A DNA stretch of 64,000 nt, taken from the NCBI GenBank assembly GCA_020632415.1, contig JACKFO010000002.1, positions 711,918 through 775,917 of the forward strand. Direction: 5' to 3'. The notes under the pieces were generated by a model. The model was not told the DNA's origin. It worked only from the letters and a program-made list of their open reading frames with translations, and searched no databases. Shown in pieces: positions 47,995-58,127 of the stretch (position 1 is its first letter; every line of letters begins with the position of its first letter). Origin of the DNA: Candidatus Nomurabacteria bacterium. GTDB taxonomy: Bacteria > Patescibacteriota > Patescibacteriia > UBA1558 > GWA2-36-10. The position numbers and the translations under genes are program-made.

Positions 47995-48936
47995 TTAGGA
48001 AGTGATCGCTTCGGGTTTCGTTTTCGTGGGTTTCTTGAAGATGGCTTTCCACACCAGAAGCAGGAGCCAGGCGCTCAGCTTGCCACAGGCGATGTAGCTG
48101 ATGAGCAGGACGTTGAGGTGGAGGTAGTTGAGGTCTAGTTGTGGCAAGAGCAGACCTTTCATGATGACGCCATAGCAGGCAAAGAAAATTAGTAAATGGA
48201 ACGCAGAGATAATAAGTCTCCAGTCTTCGCTCCAACGTTTCTTTCCTCGCACGGGAGAGAAATGGCCAAGTAAGACAGAAGCAACTACTATCATGATCAT
48301 GTACGATAGAAAAAGTTTGTCATAAATGACCGTCAGATTGAGAAAGCCCAGAGCCAGCAGGTAGTAGCCGAAGCTAAACCAGCCAAAGGGATGAAACTTG
48401 TTTTCCTTCGCTTTCACTCGAATCAGCCAGAAGAACCAAAAGCCCAGAGCAAAGAGGGGCCAGAACAACCAAGCTATCACTGGCGCTTTTTGATTGGCTG
48501 GTGTTTTTCCGCTCTGGTCAACGAAAGATCGATTCAGATCGTCAATGGTGATGATGTGCGTTGTTCTCTCACCGTGGAGCAATGGCACTGACCAGGGAGG
48601 AAAGAGTTTGATGCCTTGCCAATGATTGGTTTCGATTTGGATCGTGTCTCGTTGGCCATTGGTCAGGCCATAGAGCCAGTATTGGTGAACCAAGTTTTGA
48701 TCTAGTAGCTTCTGAACGCTTTCCGGAATTTGATAGCTCGCCTTCCGTTGCATCGGCTTAACGATTTTGATTTCGATGATCTCCTGTTGGTCGATGACCA
48801 TCGACTGGCCGACGATGTTGAAGTCTTGTTCTGTTCTTGCGTTGTAGCTGCTATCTGCTTCGGCCATCGGATAAGCCAGGGCAGTGGCGCTGGCTAGCAG
48901 AAGGCTGAGCCAAAAGGCGCAAAAGAGGTTCTTCAT
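47995..48936 (-). CDS. Hypothetical secreted/membrane protein in a GC-rich island
   Basis: Signal peptide, a periplasmic domain of about 150 aa, then 4-5 TM helices. SD GGAGA; GC about 48%. Confidence 0.5.
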   Translation of the reverse strand: MKNLFCAFWLSLLLASATALAYPMAEADSSYNARTEQDFNIVGQSMVIDQQEIIEIKIVKPMQRKASYQIPESVQKLLDQNLVHQYWLYGLTNGQRDTIQIETNHWQGIKLFPPWSVPLLHGERTTHIITIDDLNRSFVDQSGKTPANQKAPVIAWLFWPLFALGFWFFWLIRVKAKENKFHPFGWFSFGYYLLALGFLNLTVIYDKLFLSYMIMIVVASVLLGHFSPVRGKKRWSEDWRLIISAFHLLIFFACYGVIMKGLLLPQLDLNYLHLNVLLISYIACGKLSAWLLLLVWKAIFKKPTKTKPEAITS

Positions 48937-49057
48937 GGGAATTTCTCCGGTCTGTGTGTGATGATTGCATTGTTGTTAAAAGAGCTTGGATTTTGTAGTT
49001 TTTAGGCTACAAAAAGCAATATTTTATATTAGCATATTCTAAGTATTTTGTCAAGGT

Positions 49058-49090
49058 TAAATAAAAAACACCCTAACTTAATAAGGTGTT
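49058..49090 (-). terminator. Candidate terminator downstream of hppA
   Basis: Stem aacacc/ggtgtt followed on the minus strand by a T-run. Confidence 0.35.
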
Positions 49091-49112
49091 TTTTGTATAC
49101 TAGAGAGTAATT

Positions 49113-51146
49113 TTACAATAAAGCAGCGATAAGTAATAAAGCAACGACATTCAAGATTTTGATCATTGGGTTGATCGCTGGGCCAGCAGTATCTTTGTAT
49201 GGATCGCCGACTGTATCACCGGTCACAGCTGCTTTGTGAGCATCTGAGCCCTTTCCGCCATGATGTCCGCTTTCGATATATTTTTTGGCATTGTCCCAAG
49301 CGCCACCACCAGTGGTCATAGAAATGGCGACGAAAATACCAGTAACAATACTGCCCATCAAAGTTCCTCCTAAGACTAACCAACCATTAGTTTTGCCAAA
49401 AACTAATAAGATTAAAATTGGCACGACTACTGGAATCAAAGCAGGAACAGTCATTTTTTTCAAAGCGCCCATTGTGACGATATCAACGGCTTTGTCGTAT
49501 TCTGGTTTTTCAGAACCATCCATAATGCCTGGTTTTTCTTTGAATTGACGACGAACTTCTTGAACAATGGCGCCAGCAGTTTTACCAACTGCTTCCATGG
49601 ACATCGCTCCAAAAATATAAGGCAAAAGTCCACCAATAAATAAACCACCGATGACATAAGGATTGTCTAAGGCAAAGATAATTTCTTTTCCAACAGCAGC
49701 CAAATCTTCAGTGTAAGCAGCAAACAAAACTAAAGCGGCAAGTCCAGCGGAGGCAATGGCATAGCCTTTGGTCACAGCTTTGGTGGTGTTTCCAACGGCG
49801 TCTAATTGATCAGTAATCTTACGAACATCTTCTGGCATTTGAGCCATTTCAGCAATTCCGCCAGCATTGTCAGTGATCGGACCATAAGCATCTATGGTGA
49901 CAATAATGCCAGCTAAAGAAAGCATGCTGACTGCAGCAATAGCAATGCCATAAAGACCAGCAAAACTGAAAGCGGCAATAATACCAGCAACAATGACGAC
50001 GATTGGCAAGGCAGTAGCTTTCATACTGATTGCTAGTCCTTGAATAATATTTGTACCATGACCAGTCTCAGAAGCTTTAGCAATACTTTTGACTGGACCG
50101 TATTTGGTAGAGGTATAGTATTCAGTGAGCCAGACAATACAAGCAGTAACAACTAAGCCGACTAAACTAGCATAGTAAATATTTAAATAACTATAATCGA
50201 TCAAGTCATTCATTAAATATTTTGTGACAAAGAAGAAAGCAATTGCTGATAAAATTCCGGCAGCAATTAAGCCTTTGTACAAAGCTTTCATGATGCCATC
50301 ATTTTTCTCAACTTGCTCTATGCTTTGTCCTTTTTTCAAACGGATAAAACTTAGGCCGATCAAAGAAGTGAAGATGGCTGCAGCACCTAAAGCAATTGGA
50401 TATAAAATTGCTGACTCCATATTAACAAAAGTTAAAGAGCCCAAAAGCATCGCAGCAACTAAAGTAACGGCATAAGTTTCGAATAAATCAGCGGCCATAC
50501 CAGCACAATCGCCAACATTATCACCAACATTGTCGGCAATCACAGCGGGGTTGCGAGGATCATCTTCGGGAATTCCAGCTTCTACTTTTCCGACTAAATC
50601 AGCGCCAACGTCAGCAGCTTTGGTAAAAATTCCACCACCTAAACGAGCGAATACAGAAATCAAAGACCCACCAAAACCCAAGCCGATTAAATGTTTGACC
50701 GTAAAGGCTGGGATAATATAAAGTCCGGCAACGCCTAGTAAGGCTAGACCAACTACTAGCATGCCCGTGACCGCTCCGCCTAAGACAGCAAGATTCATGG
50801 CTGGTTCGATGCCCTTGCTAGCTGCTTGAGCAGTACGGACATTGGTGCGAACAGAAATGTTCATGCCGATAATACCAGCGGCAGCTGAGAAAGCAGCGCC
50901 GATCACAAAGGCTAGGGCTGTCCACCAATCAATCAAGAAGCCCAAAATTAAAAATAAAGGTAAAGCCAAATAAGCAATAGTTTTGTATTGGCGAGTAAGA
51001 TAAGCTTTGGCGCCACTTTGAATGGCGTTGGCAATTTCTTTCATTTTGTCATTGCCGCGAGATTTTTTTAAAATCATTTGGATCATTACTGCTCCAGAGA
51101 TGATTGAGGCTAAAGCGGCAAGGATCGCAATTAATGTTACGTTCAT
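49113..51146 (-). CDS. hppA: K+/Na+-stimulated membrane-bound H+/Na+-translocating pyrophosphatase
   Basis: [22 protein letters not shown] and other V-PPase signature blocks. Confidence 0.95.
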   Translation of the reverse strand: MNVTLIAILAALASIISGAVMIQMILKKSRGNDKMKEIANAIQSGAKAYLTRQYKTIAYLALPLFLILGFLIDWWTALAFVIGAAFSAAAGIIGMNISVRTNVRTAQAASKGIEPAMNLAVLGGAVTGMLVVGLALLGVAGLYIIPAFTVKHLIGLGFGGSLISVFARLGGGIFTKAADVGADLVGKVEAGIPEDDPRNPAVIADNVGDNVGDCAGMAADLFETYAVTLVAAMLLGSLTFVNMESAILYPIALGAAAIFTSLIGLSFIRLKKGQSIEQVEKNDGIMKALYKGLIAAGILSAIAFFFVTKYLMNDLIDYSYLNIYYASLVGLVVTACIVWLTEYYTSTKYGPVKSIAKASETGHGTNIIQGLAISMKATALPIVVIVAGIIAAFSFAGLYGIAIAAVSMLSLAGIIVTIDAYGPITDNAGGIAEMAQMPEDVRKITDQLDAVGNTTKAVTKGYAIASAGLAALVLFAAYTEDLAAVGKEIIFALDNPYVIGGLFIGGLLPYIFGAMSMEAVGKTAGAIVQEVRRQFKEKPGIMDGSEKPEYDKAVDIVTMGALKKMTVPALIPVVVPILILLVFGKTNGWLVLGGTLMGSIVTGIFVAISMTTGGGAWDNAKKYIESGHHGGKGSDAHKAAVTGDTVGDPYKDTAGPAINPMIKILNVVALLLIAALL

Positions 51147-51181
51147 AAGCTTTTGTTAATTATTTAGAATTTTATTAATTA

Positions 51182-52420
51182 TTATTCTTTTGTTTCTTCA
51201 CTTGGAGTTTCTTCAACAACTTCTTCGTTTGTTTCATTCAACTCTTCTTCGACTTCTTCGCTTTCTTCAAGATCTTCAGTTTTTTCAACTTTAGGTTTTG
51301 GATTGTTAGAAAGAATATCTATTTTCCAGCCCACAAGCTTAGCGGCTAAACGAACGTTCTGTCCGCTTTTGCCAATTGCTAAAGATAATTGATCATCAGC
51401 AACTGTTACTTCAGCAGTTTTATCGTCTTCATTTAACTCAATCTTTTCTACTTTAGCAGGAGACAAGGCATTGGCAATGAATTTTTTTGGATCTTCTTCC
51501 CATTCAATGATGTCAATTTTTTCTCCACCTAGTTCACTGATGATGGTTTGAATGCGAGCGCCTTTTTGACCAACGCAAGAACCAATTGGATCAATGCTTT
51601 CGTCTTCGGTATAGACAGCAATTTTTGAGCGACTTCCTGCTTCACGAGAAATGCCTTTGATCTCAACATTGCCAGAAGCAATTTCTGGTACTTCCATGGC
51701 AAATAATTCTTTGACAATATCTGGATGAGTACGAGAAAGGACAATCTCTGGTCCTTTGTTAGTCATGTGAACTTTAACGACATAGAAATTTAAACGAGCA
51801 CCAGCATTGTATCCTTCGCGGGGGATTTGTTCCTCTGGTGGCAAGACGGCAGTTGCTTGTCCTAGATCGATTAAATAACGGCGTCCTTCGCGACGAGAAA
51901 CGGTTCCCAAAACCAAAGTTCCTTCTTTGTCCTGGTATTCATTGAAGACATGATCGCGTTCAGCTTCACGAAGTCTTTGAATAATCACCTGTTTAGCGGT
52001 TTGAGCAGCCATGCGCCCATATTCTTCTGGTACTTCTAATTTAGTTTCAATTACATCACCAATTTTATAATCAGAATTTATTTCTCTTGCTTCAGAGAGC
52101 ATAATTTCAGAGCGAGGATTAAAGCGTTTAACTTCCTCGTCTTCATCTATTTCCTCGCCAGCTTCACGACGTTCACGTAAGGCTTCTAGCTCTTTTTCTT
52201 GTTCTTCTAAGTCAACATCCTCAACAACAGTTTTGACATCAAAAACTGCAGTGTGAGCATTGTCAGCATTGAAGACGACCTTAATATTTTGGTTTTTATC
52301 ACCAAAATCTTTACGATAGGCAGCAGCTAAGGCTGCTTCAATGGCACCGATCACAGCATCTAAAGGGAGGTTTTTTTCCTCACAAATATGCTTGATGGCG
52401 GCGTTAATTTCATTGGCCAT
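51182..52420 (-). CDS. nusA: Transcription termination/antitermination factor NusA
   Basis: N-terminal domain, S1 and tandem KH domains, and an acidic C-terminus. Confidence 0.9.
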   Translation of the reverse strand: MANEINAAIKHICEEKNLPLDAVIGAIEAALAAAYRKDFGDKNQNIKVVFNADNAHTAVFDVKTVVEDVDLEEQEKELEALRERREAGEEIDEDEEVKRFNPRSEIMLSEAREINSDYKIGDVIETKLEVPEEYGRMAAQTAKQVIIQRLREAERDHVFNEYQDKEGTLVLGTVSRREGRRYLIDLGQATAVLPPEEQIPREGYNAGARLNFYVVKVHMTNKGPEIVLSRTHPDIVKELFAMEVPEIASGNVEIKGISREAGSRSKIAVYTEDESIDPIGSCVGQKGARIQTIISELGGEKIDIIEWEEDPKKFIANALSPAKVEKIELNEDDKTAEVTVADDQLSLAIGKSGQNVRLAAKLVGWKIDILSNNPKPKVEKTEDLEESEEVEEELNETNEEVVEETPSEETKE

Positions 52421-52440
52421 TTATTTATGTTTAATAATAA

Positions 52441-52490
52441 TTTCTTAAAAAATAGGCTAGTCTACGATCAGTAAACTAGCCTTAACTATT
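52441..52490 (-). terminator. Candidate terminator after yraN
   Basis: Stem aggctagt/actagcct followed by a minus-strand T-run. Confidence 0.4.
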
Positions 52491-52555
52491 TTTAGTATAT
52501 TGTTTTTTGAGTTTTTTGTCAAGGTTGATCAAATCTTGGGTTTAAATATTTTATC

Positions 52556-52897
52556 TTAAAGATAAAAACGGTAAATTTTAGCTTTTTTATTTTTGATTTC
52601 AATCACGCAGATTTCTAAGTCACAATTAATTGTGATTTTATTTTTCATTTTAAAAATTTGCCAAGCAGCTTTCAAATTTTTTATTTTTTTATTTGAAACA
52701 CTTTCTTCGCCAAAACCAAAGTTAGTGTTATTTCTAGTTTTTACTTCAACGATGAGTATTTTTTGATTTTTTTCTAAAACTAAATCTAATTCGCCGTAAC
52801 GAGTGTAAAAATTTTGTATTAAAACTTTCCAGCCCAAGCTTTGATAATATTGACGAGCTATTTTTTCTCCTAATTTGCCAAGATTTTTTTTGAACAT
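52556..52897 (-). CDS. yraN: YraN family (UPF0102) endonuclease
   Basis: GEKIARQYYQSLGWKVLIQNFYTRYGELDLV...VEVKTR. Confidence 0.7.
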   Translation of the reverse strand: MFKKNLGKLGEKIARQYYQSLGWKVLIQNFYTRYGELDLVLEKNQKILIVEVKTRNNTNFGFGEESVSNKKIKNLKAAWQIFKMKNKITINCDLEICVIEIKNKKAKIYRFYL

Positions 52898-52962
52898 AAA
52901 ACAGACCTTTGGCCTGTTTTATTTTTTTAATTAGATCCTGAAATAAATTCGGGATAGCTACG

Positions 52963-53370
52963 CTATTTTTTAGCTTTTGGTAACCATTTTTCAAATTCTT
53001 CTTTTTCTTTTTGGGTCTGGATTTTTAATGGTAATTTAATTTTCCAATAATAGATAATAAATCCCAGCCAGATTAAGGCAATGATAATCCAAAGTAAAAG
53101 CCAGATTCTTGATCCCAAATAAACGGCTCGGACTTCTCTAAAAAACATTAGCAGTAAACCAATTGGGCCAACGGAAAATCCCCAAAGTTGTAATTTTTTC
53201 CAAGTACTTTTTGGGCCATGAATATTTTTTATTTTATTGATTGAAAGTAAGGCAATAAAAATACTTCCTAAAAATAAGATTAAGAGTGTAATTCTGATTG
53301 GCCAAGAAAAGCCATTTAAGGCGTAAGGGGCAACTAAATAGTGCCAGTCAAATAGTTTTGTTAAATTCAT
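52963..53370 (-). CDS. Hypothetical membrane protein
   Basis: ORF with 3-4 TM helices. Confidence 0.4.
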   Translation of the reverse strand: MNLTKLFDWHYLVAPYALNGFSWPIRITLLILFLGSIFIALLSINKIKNIHGPKSTWKKLQLWGFSVGPIGLLLMFFREVRAVYLGSRIWLLLWIIIALIWLGFIIYYWKIKLPLKIQTQKEKEEFEKWLPKAKK

Positions 53371-53465
53371 ATTTTGTCTAATTAAAACAGTAGTATCTTA
53401 AAAGAAAGAAGATTAAAAGTCAACCTTTTAATCTTATTCTAGACTTTGTCTTATGGGCAGTTAAA

Positions 53466-54044
53466 TTATTTGATGAAGATTAAACCAAAATGATAGTTTC
53501 CAGCTACGAACTCTTCTTCTAGACTGAGGCTTAAGTTTTGGGCAATTTGCAAGACCTCCTCTTTATTGACTTGTAGATTTTGCGGAGGAGCAAATCCAGG
53601 AGTATTATCTGACCAGTCAATAATCGTCAATTTTCCGCCTGGCTTCAAAAGACGAATTGCCTCAGTAATCATCTCAGATTTTTTTTGTGATTGAAATAAA
53701 ATATTTATTAGCATTGCATGATCTAAACTTGCTTCTGGAATTTTTGTTGCGCCCAAAATCTCTAAGTTGCTCCAAATAGTTTTGACATTATAAAGACCAG
53801 ACATTTTTGCCTTGGAATCAATGCTAGATAAAACATTTTTTACAACATCAACAGCATAAACCTGTCCTTGATCGCCGACAATTTTTGCTGCTTGCATTGT
53901 AAAATAAGCAGCACCACCAGCGCCTAAGTCAGCAACTACTTCTCCAGCTTGAATTTTTACTTTTTGAGTTAAAATATATTGAGCATCTAGAAGATTGTTG
54001 CCACCGGAAAATTTATTTATTTTCTGCGCTTCAATGTTTTCCAT
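53466..54044 (-). CDS. Class I SAM-dependent methyltransferase
   Basis: Motif I VADLGAGGAAYF. Confidence 0.65.
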   Translation of the reverse strand: MENIEAQKINKFSGGNNLLDAQYILTQKVKIQAGEVVADLGAGGAAYFTMQAAKIVGDQGQVYAVDVVKNVLSSIDSKAKMSGLYNVKTIWSNLEILGATKIPEASLDHAMLINILFQSQKKSEMITEAIRLLKPGGKLTIIDWSDNTPGFAPPQNLQVNKEEVLQIAQNLSLSLEEEFVAGNYHFGLIFIK

Positions 54045-54101
54045 ATTTTTATAATTACTTATTAAGTATACAAAAAAAATAGCTTTTGTGCTACTATTAG
54101 T

Positions 54102-55334
54102 TTGAAAAATAATAAAAATATGAATTTATTAAAAAAATTTTTTAGCAAAGAAGAAGAGTCAGATTTTGAAGAAATTTCAGAGAAAAAGACTTCAACAATG
54201 GGTTATGTTTTGTTGCTGTTGATGTTCTTTTTTATTTTGATTATTGGTAATACCATTATTAGTGATTTAAAAAGTATTCCCGACAGACCAAATAGACCAG
54301 CTAGTTGTTTGAGCTCTTTGATGAGAACCGATCTTGGATCTAGCTCATATCTAAAATCTTTTAGGTCTAACACTTGTCATTTTTCAGAAATTGATGCTAG
54401 ATTTGGTTTGGATTCTTTGCTGGCATCTTTACAAAATAATTTTGATAAATTAACAGAATTAAATAGTAAACTTTCTCAAATAGAAGTACAGATTAGGGAT
54501 AATAATAGTCAAATTAGTAAAGCTGAAAAAACCTTAGATAACTTGGCCAAGCAGTACAATTTAAGTTTGCAAGAAATCATGGCTGGTGTGCCAGTTATTT
54601 TGGACAATCAAAACATCGTTCAGCAAATTCAGACCAGCCGAAGTCAGCTTCAGAATTTTGAAAGCCAAGGTGATTCTTTGCAGAATCAAAAAAATTCTAA
54701 AAATGAGGAGATTAATCAAGAGATTAATCAGATTGCCTCAAGTAATAATTTTAGTAAACTAAAAAAAGCTTACGCAGATGCCAATGATTATTACAATCGT
54801 AAACATGCAATTTATAATTTCATTTTGTTTTTGCTAGAGCTGATATTTGTCTTACCATTCTTTTTGTTTGCTCTTTATTTTTATTTAAAATTAAAAAGAA
54901 AAAATAGTCCCCACACCATTATTTGGACTTCTATTTTTTCAGCTGCTTCCCTATTGTTTTTGGAAAGTGTCTTAAAATTTTTATACCATATTTTACCTTT
55001 TGAATGGCTTCAGAAGATATTTAAATTTTTATTAGAAATTCCTGCTTTGAGATATATCATTTATTATGGTAGCGTAATTTTGGTTATCATTATTTTTGGA
55101 GGGATCGTTTATTATTTGCAAAAGAAAGCTTTTAGTCCTAAAAAAATTGCTTTAAGAAGATTAAAAGATAATAAATGTCCCAACTGTTCTTTTCTTCTTA
55201 ATTCAGATCATAATTTTTGTCCAAAGTGTCGGCAACAATTAAAAACAAGATGTTCTAATTGTGGACAGGCTAGAATTATGTATTTAGACTATTGCCCGTC
55301 TTGTGGTAGCAAGGAGGCAGAAAAAGCAAGTTAA
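54102..55334 (+). CDS. Membrane protein with a coiled-coil region and a C-terminal double zinc ribbon
   Basis: TM1, a Q/N-rich coiled coil, three more TM helices, then CPNCSF...CPKCRQ and CSNCGQ...CPSCGS. Confidence 0.5.
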   Translation: MKNNKNMNLLKKFFSKEEESDFEEISEKKTSTMGYVLLLLMFFFILIIGNTIISDLKSIPDRPNRPASCLSSLMRTDLGSSSYLKSFRSNTCHFSEIDARFGLDSLLASLQNNFDKLTELNSKLSQIEVQIRDNNSQISKAEKTLDNLAKQYNLSLQEIMAGVPVILDNQNIVQQIQTSRSQLQNFESQGDSLQNQKNSKNEEINQEINQIASSNNFSKLKKAYADANDYYNRKHAIYNFILFLLELIFVLPFFLFALYFYLKLKRKNSPHTIIWTSIFSAASLLFLESVLKFLYHILPFEWLQKIFKFLLEIPALRYIIYYGSVILVIIIFGGIVYYLQKKAFSPKKIALRRLKDNKCPNCSFLLNSDHNFCPKCRQQLKTRCSNCGQARIMYLDYCPSCGSKEAEKAS

Positions 55335-55353
55335 TTTTAAAGTAAAATAGCTC

Positions 55354-55395
55354 AAATAAAAAACACTCCACAAGAAGTGGAGTGTTTTTTATTTT
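55354..55395. terminator. Bidirectional terminator between the zinc-ribbon gene and cspA
   Basis: Stem acactccac/gtggagtgt flanked by A- and T-runs. Confidence 0.6.
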
Positions 55396-55408
55396 TTAAC
55401 TTAAAGAA

Positions 55409-55606
55409 TTAAGCTAAAGTTACTTTTGTAGCAGCTTCACCCTTTGGGGTATCAGCGATTTCAAAAGTTACATTATCACCTTCACGAAGATCGTCAAAAT
55501 TAGCATCTACTAATTCGTTGGCGTGAAAGAATAAATCTTTACCGTCACCTTCAGGAGTGATAAAACCAAAATGTTTATTGGTTAATTTTTTGATTGTTCC
55601 TTGCAT
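55409..55606 (-). CDS. cspA: Cold-shock protein (CspA family)
   Basis: MQGTIKKLTNKHFGFITPEGDGKDLFFH. Confidence 0.9.
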   Translation of the reverse strand: MQGTIKKLTNKHFGFITPEGDGKDLFFHANELVDANFDDLREGDNVTFEIADTPKGEAATKVTLA

Positions 55607-55679
55607 AATATAGAAATCAAAGTTAATTAGATATAGAAGCTTGAAACCCGACTTTGATTTCTCTACTTGCTATATTGAT

Positions 55680-55754
55680 TGGTGACCCCACGGGGAATCG
55701 AACCCCGCTTGCCAGGATGAAAACCTGATGTCCTAACCACTAGACGATGGGGCC
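55680..55754 (-). tRNA. tRNA-Glu (anticodon TTC), CCA encoded
   Basis: Reverse complement ggccccatcgtctagtggttaggacatcaggttTTCatcctgg...ggggtcacca. Confidence 0.75.
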
Positions 55755-55892
55755 TTATTAAAAAGGCCTTTTTTCTTAATAACGCTCAGTATCATAGCCA
55801 AAATTTGATAAATTGTCAAGGTGAGCTTGATTTGTTTTTTTGTTTTTTTCGGCTATAATTAAGGCATTGTTAATTCATTAAAGAATAAAATC

Positions 55893-56126
55893 ATGAAAAA
55901 GCTAATTAAAATTCAATTTGCTGTCCTCTTGTTAGGCACTGTTTTTGCTTGGGGCAACTTTATTTGGGAGCTAGTTTACTATTTACAAGAAAAAGCTTGT
56001 CCAACCGGCTGCGTGGTTGGTTTGGTTAATCCATTTTTGACCCCTTGTTTTTATGGGGCTTGTTTTTTCTTAATTGCCTTTGTTTTAAGTGCAATGATTT
56101 TGAAAGAAAATAAAAAAGAAAATTAA
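55893..56126 (+). CDS. Hypothetical small Cys-containing membrane protein
   Basis: 77 aa with two TM helices; CPTGC...C...C. Confidence 0.35.
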   Translation: MKKLIKIQFAVLLLGTVFAWGNFIWELVYYLQEKACPTGCVVGLVNPFLTPCFYGACFFLIAFVLSAMILKENKKEN

Positions 56127-56710
56127 TGCAAATTGAATACGAAGCAACTTATTTAGATGTTGATAAAGACGAGGTAAGGAATCGATTAAAAAAAGCTCAT
56201 GCTAATTTAGTAAAACCAGAATTTTTGCAGCGACGTTGGGTTTGGCATCTACCTCAAGGACATGAAATTCCCGGCTCTTGGGTTAGAGTACGAGATGAAG
56301 GTGGTCAAATTACCATGAGCGTCAAAATTGTTGATGGCCGTGATCTAGAAGATCAAAAAGAAGTGATGATTAAAGTAGATGATTTTGAAAAAGCGCGAGA
56401 AATTTTAAATTTACTTGGTTGCCAAGAACGAGCTTATCAAGAAACTAAGAGGGAGTTATGGAATTTAAACGGTGTAGAAATCACTATTGATGAATGGCCG
56501 TTTTTAGAACCATTTGTGGAAATTGAAGGAAATTCAGAAAAACAAATCAAAGAAATTTCTGAAAAAATTGGCTTTGATTATAATCGAGCTCAATTTGGCT
56601 CAGCGGATTATTTTTATGCGGAGAAATATAATATTTCGATTGATGTTTTTAATAAAAAAACGCCTCGTTTAACTTTTGAAATGCAAAATCCTTTTATTAA
56701 AAAATCTTAG
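56126..56710 (+). CDS. CYTH-domain protein (triphosphate tunnel metalloenzyme / class IV adenylyl cyclase-like)
   Basis: N-terminal MQIEYEATYLDVD and size typical of standalone CYTH proteins. It is a paralog of the downstream convergent gene. Confidence 0.45.
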   Translation: MQIEYEATYLDVDKDEVRNRLKKAHANLVKPEFLQRRWVWHLPQGHEIPGSWVRVRDEGGQITMSVKIVDGRDLEDQKEVMIKVDDFEKAREILNLLGCQERAYQETKRELWNLNGVEITIDEWPFLEPFVEIEGNSEKQIKEISEKIGFDYNRAQFGSADYFYAEKYNISIDVFNKKTPRLTFEMQNPFIKKS

Positions 56711-56711
56711 G

Positions 56712-57290
56712 CTAAGGCCTAAGATTTTTTTCATCGTCAAAAGTAAAATATAATTTCGGCTGTTCAAAAGGTAATTGATTTTCTTTACAGTATTCCAAAA
56801 ATATTTCGGTACAATTTTTTTGTAAAGCTTGATTTAAATCAAGCTGATATTTTTGGCAAAATTGTTCAATCTCTTCTTCATTTCCTTCGATTTCTAAAAA
56901 GTCTTTGATAAATGGATATTGGTCAATCGTGATTTGTAGTTTTGGAAAGTATTTATTTTTTAAATAAATTCTAGTTTTTTCAGCTTTGGCTTGGGGGATA
57001 AAGCCTAAAGCCAAGATAAATTTTTCCGCGATCTCATCTTGGCTAATTGGAAATTCTAGCTCTTCGCGAACCAAAAGACTCTGGTGTTTTTCTCGGGGTC
57101 CTTTGTAGGTCAAAAAATATTGCGCATTTTCTTTTCTGAGACGCAATACTTTATCGTCTTTGGAAAAATCTAGTTTCGGATGATCAAAGTAAATGTCTAA
57201 GATTTTTTTCTTAGTCAAAATTTTAAAGTCAGAATTTTCCTGATAAAGATCAGGATCTTTAAGTTTAAATTTTGCTTCAATTTCTTTCAT
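56712..57290 (-). CDS. CYTH-domain protein (class IV adenylyl cyclase / triphosphatase-like)
   Basis: N-terminal MKEIEAKFKL (the EIExKF hallmark). Confidence 0.6.
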   Translation of the reverse strand: MKEIEAKFKLKDPDLYQENSDFKILTKKKILDIYFDHPKLDFSKDDKVLRLRKENAQYFLTYKGPREKHQSLLVREELEFPISQDEIAEKFILALGFIPQAKAEKTRIYLKNKYFPKLQITIDQYPFIKDFLEIEGNEEEIEQFCQKYQLDLNQALQKNCTEIFLEYCKENQLPFEQPKLYFTFDDEKNLRP

Positions 57291-57698
57291 TTATTTTTTG
57301 TATTTTCTTAAAAATTCTTTTTGATCATCATATTTGGTAAAATTTTTATGATGTTTTGGTGGAATAAAGTTTTGACCTGGCTTATGTTGGATACCACACC
57401 AATAGCTTTCTGTTTCGGCTGCGATCATAACCCAATAATTAAAAAGTCCATTAGCATAACCACAGTACATACAATTTATTTTCTGCCAGTTTTCTAAATA
57501 AGAAAGTTTTTGTCGATCAATTCGAATATATTGTTTGCGATCAACATATTCTAAGCCATACAGAGCAAAACAAGCATGATGATAAATTTCGATCACCACG
57601 TCTAGTATGAATAAAAATGGCAAAACTCCCCAAATAAAAGGCAGAGATAAAACGTGATACAAATCTTTAAATGATCTTTGGTCTTTAAAATATTCCAT
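57291..57698 (-). CDS. Hypothetical TM/Cys protein
   Basis: ORF with HHAC and CMYCGY motifs. Confidence 0.35.
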   Translation of the reverse strand: MEYFKDQRSFKDLYHVLSLPFIWGVLPFLFILDVVIEIYHHACFALYGLEYVDRKQYIRIDRQKLSYLENWQKINCMYCGYANGLFNYWVMIAAETESYWCGIQHKPGQNFIPPKHHKNFTKYDDQKEFLRKYKK

Positions 57699-57759
57699 AG
57701 CCTAAAATTTTTTAGTAATCAATAATTTAATGCTTTAATAATAACATATTTTTTTGCAG

Positions 57760-57800
57760 AAAAGAAAAAGCCCGCTACTCTCAAGAGAGAGCGCGGGCTA
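57760..57800 (-). terminator. Rho-independent terminator of the SemiSWEET-like gene
   Basis: agcccgc...gcgggct hairpin followed by a minus-strand T-run. Confidence 0.55.
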
Positions 57801-57819
57801 CGGGTGCGTGGAGATTTGT

Positions 57820-58107
57820 TCACGAGAAGTGTCGATAGTAGAAGATGAGCATGATCACGGTTGTGGTGACAAGCGCGCTCAATGTCATGCAGACCACAAG
57901 GACATTGCTTCTCTTGATGTAGCCCTCGAAAGCAAAGGCGATCTGAATGAGAAAATAGATCGCAAACATTTCGATGGCTAGTCCCTCGGTTTGCTTTGTC
58001 TGGATGAGGCGGATGAGCTGAGGAATCATTGCCATTACATTGACCAATCCCGCTATCCAGATGATGAATGACCAACGAATTTTGGCCGCGAATTCTTCGC
58101 GTGTCAT
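57820..58107 (-). CDS. PQ-loop / SemiSWEET-like three-TM protein (GC-rich island)
   Basis: AMIPQLIRLIQTK PQ-loop motif in 95 aa with three TM helices. SD AGGAGAAGG precedes the ATG at 58107. Confidence 0.55.
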   Translation of the reverse strand: MTREEFAAKIRWSFIIWIAGLVNVMAMIPQLIRLIQTKQTEGLAIEMFAIYFLIQIAFAFEGYIKRSNVLVVCMTLSALVTTTVIMLIFYYRHFS

Positions 58108-58127
58108 GGCCTTCTCCTGTCCGTGGA

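Noticed and set aside
47888-48235. 115-aa minus-strand ORF and 69-aa plus-strand ORF at 47929-48138
   Set aside because: Both overlap the terminator and 3' end of the island-3 gene in alternative frames. They have GC-rich artefactual frames and a Pro/Arg-rich nonsense composition.
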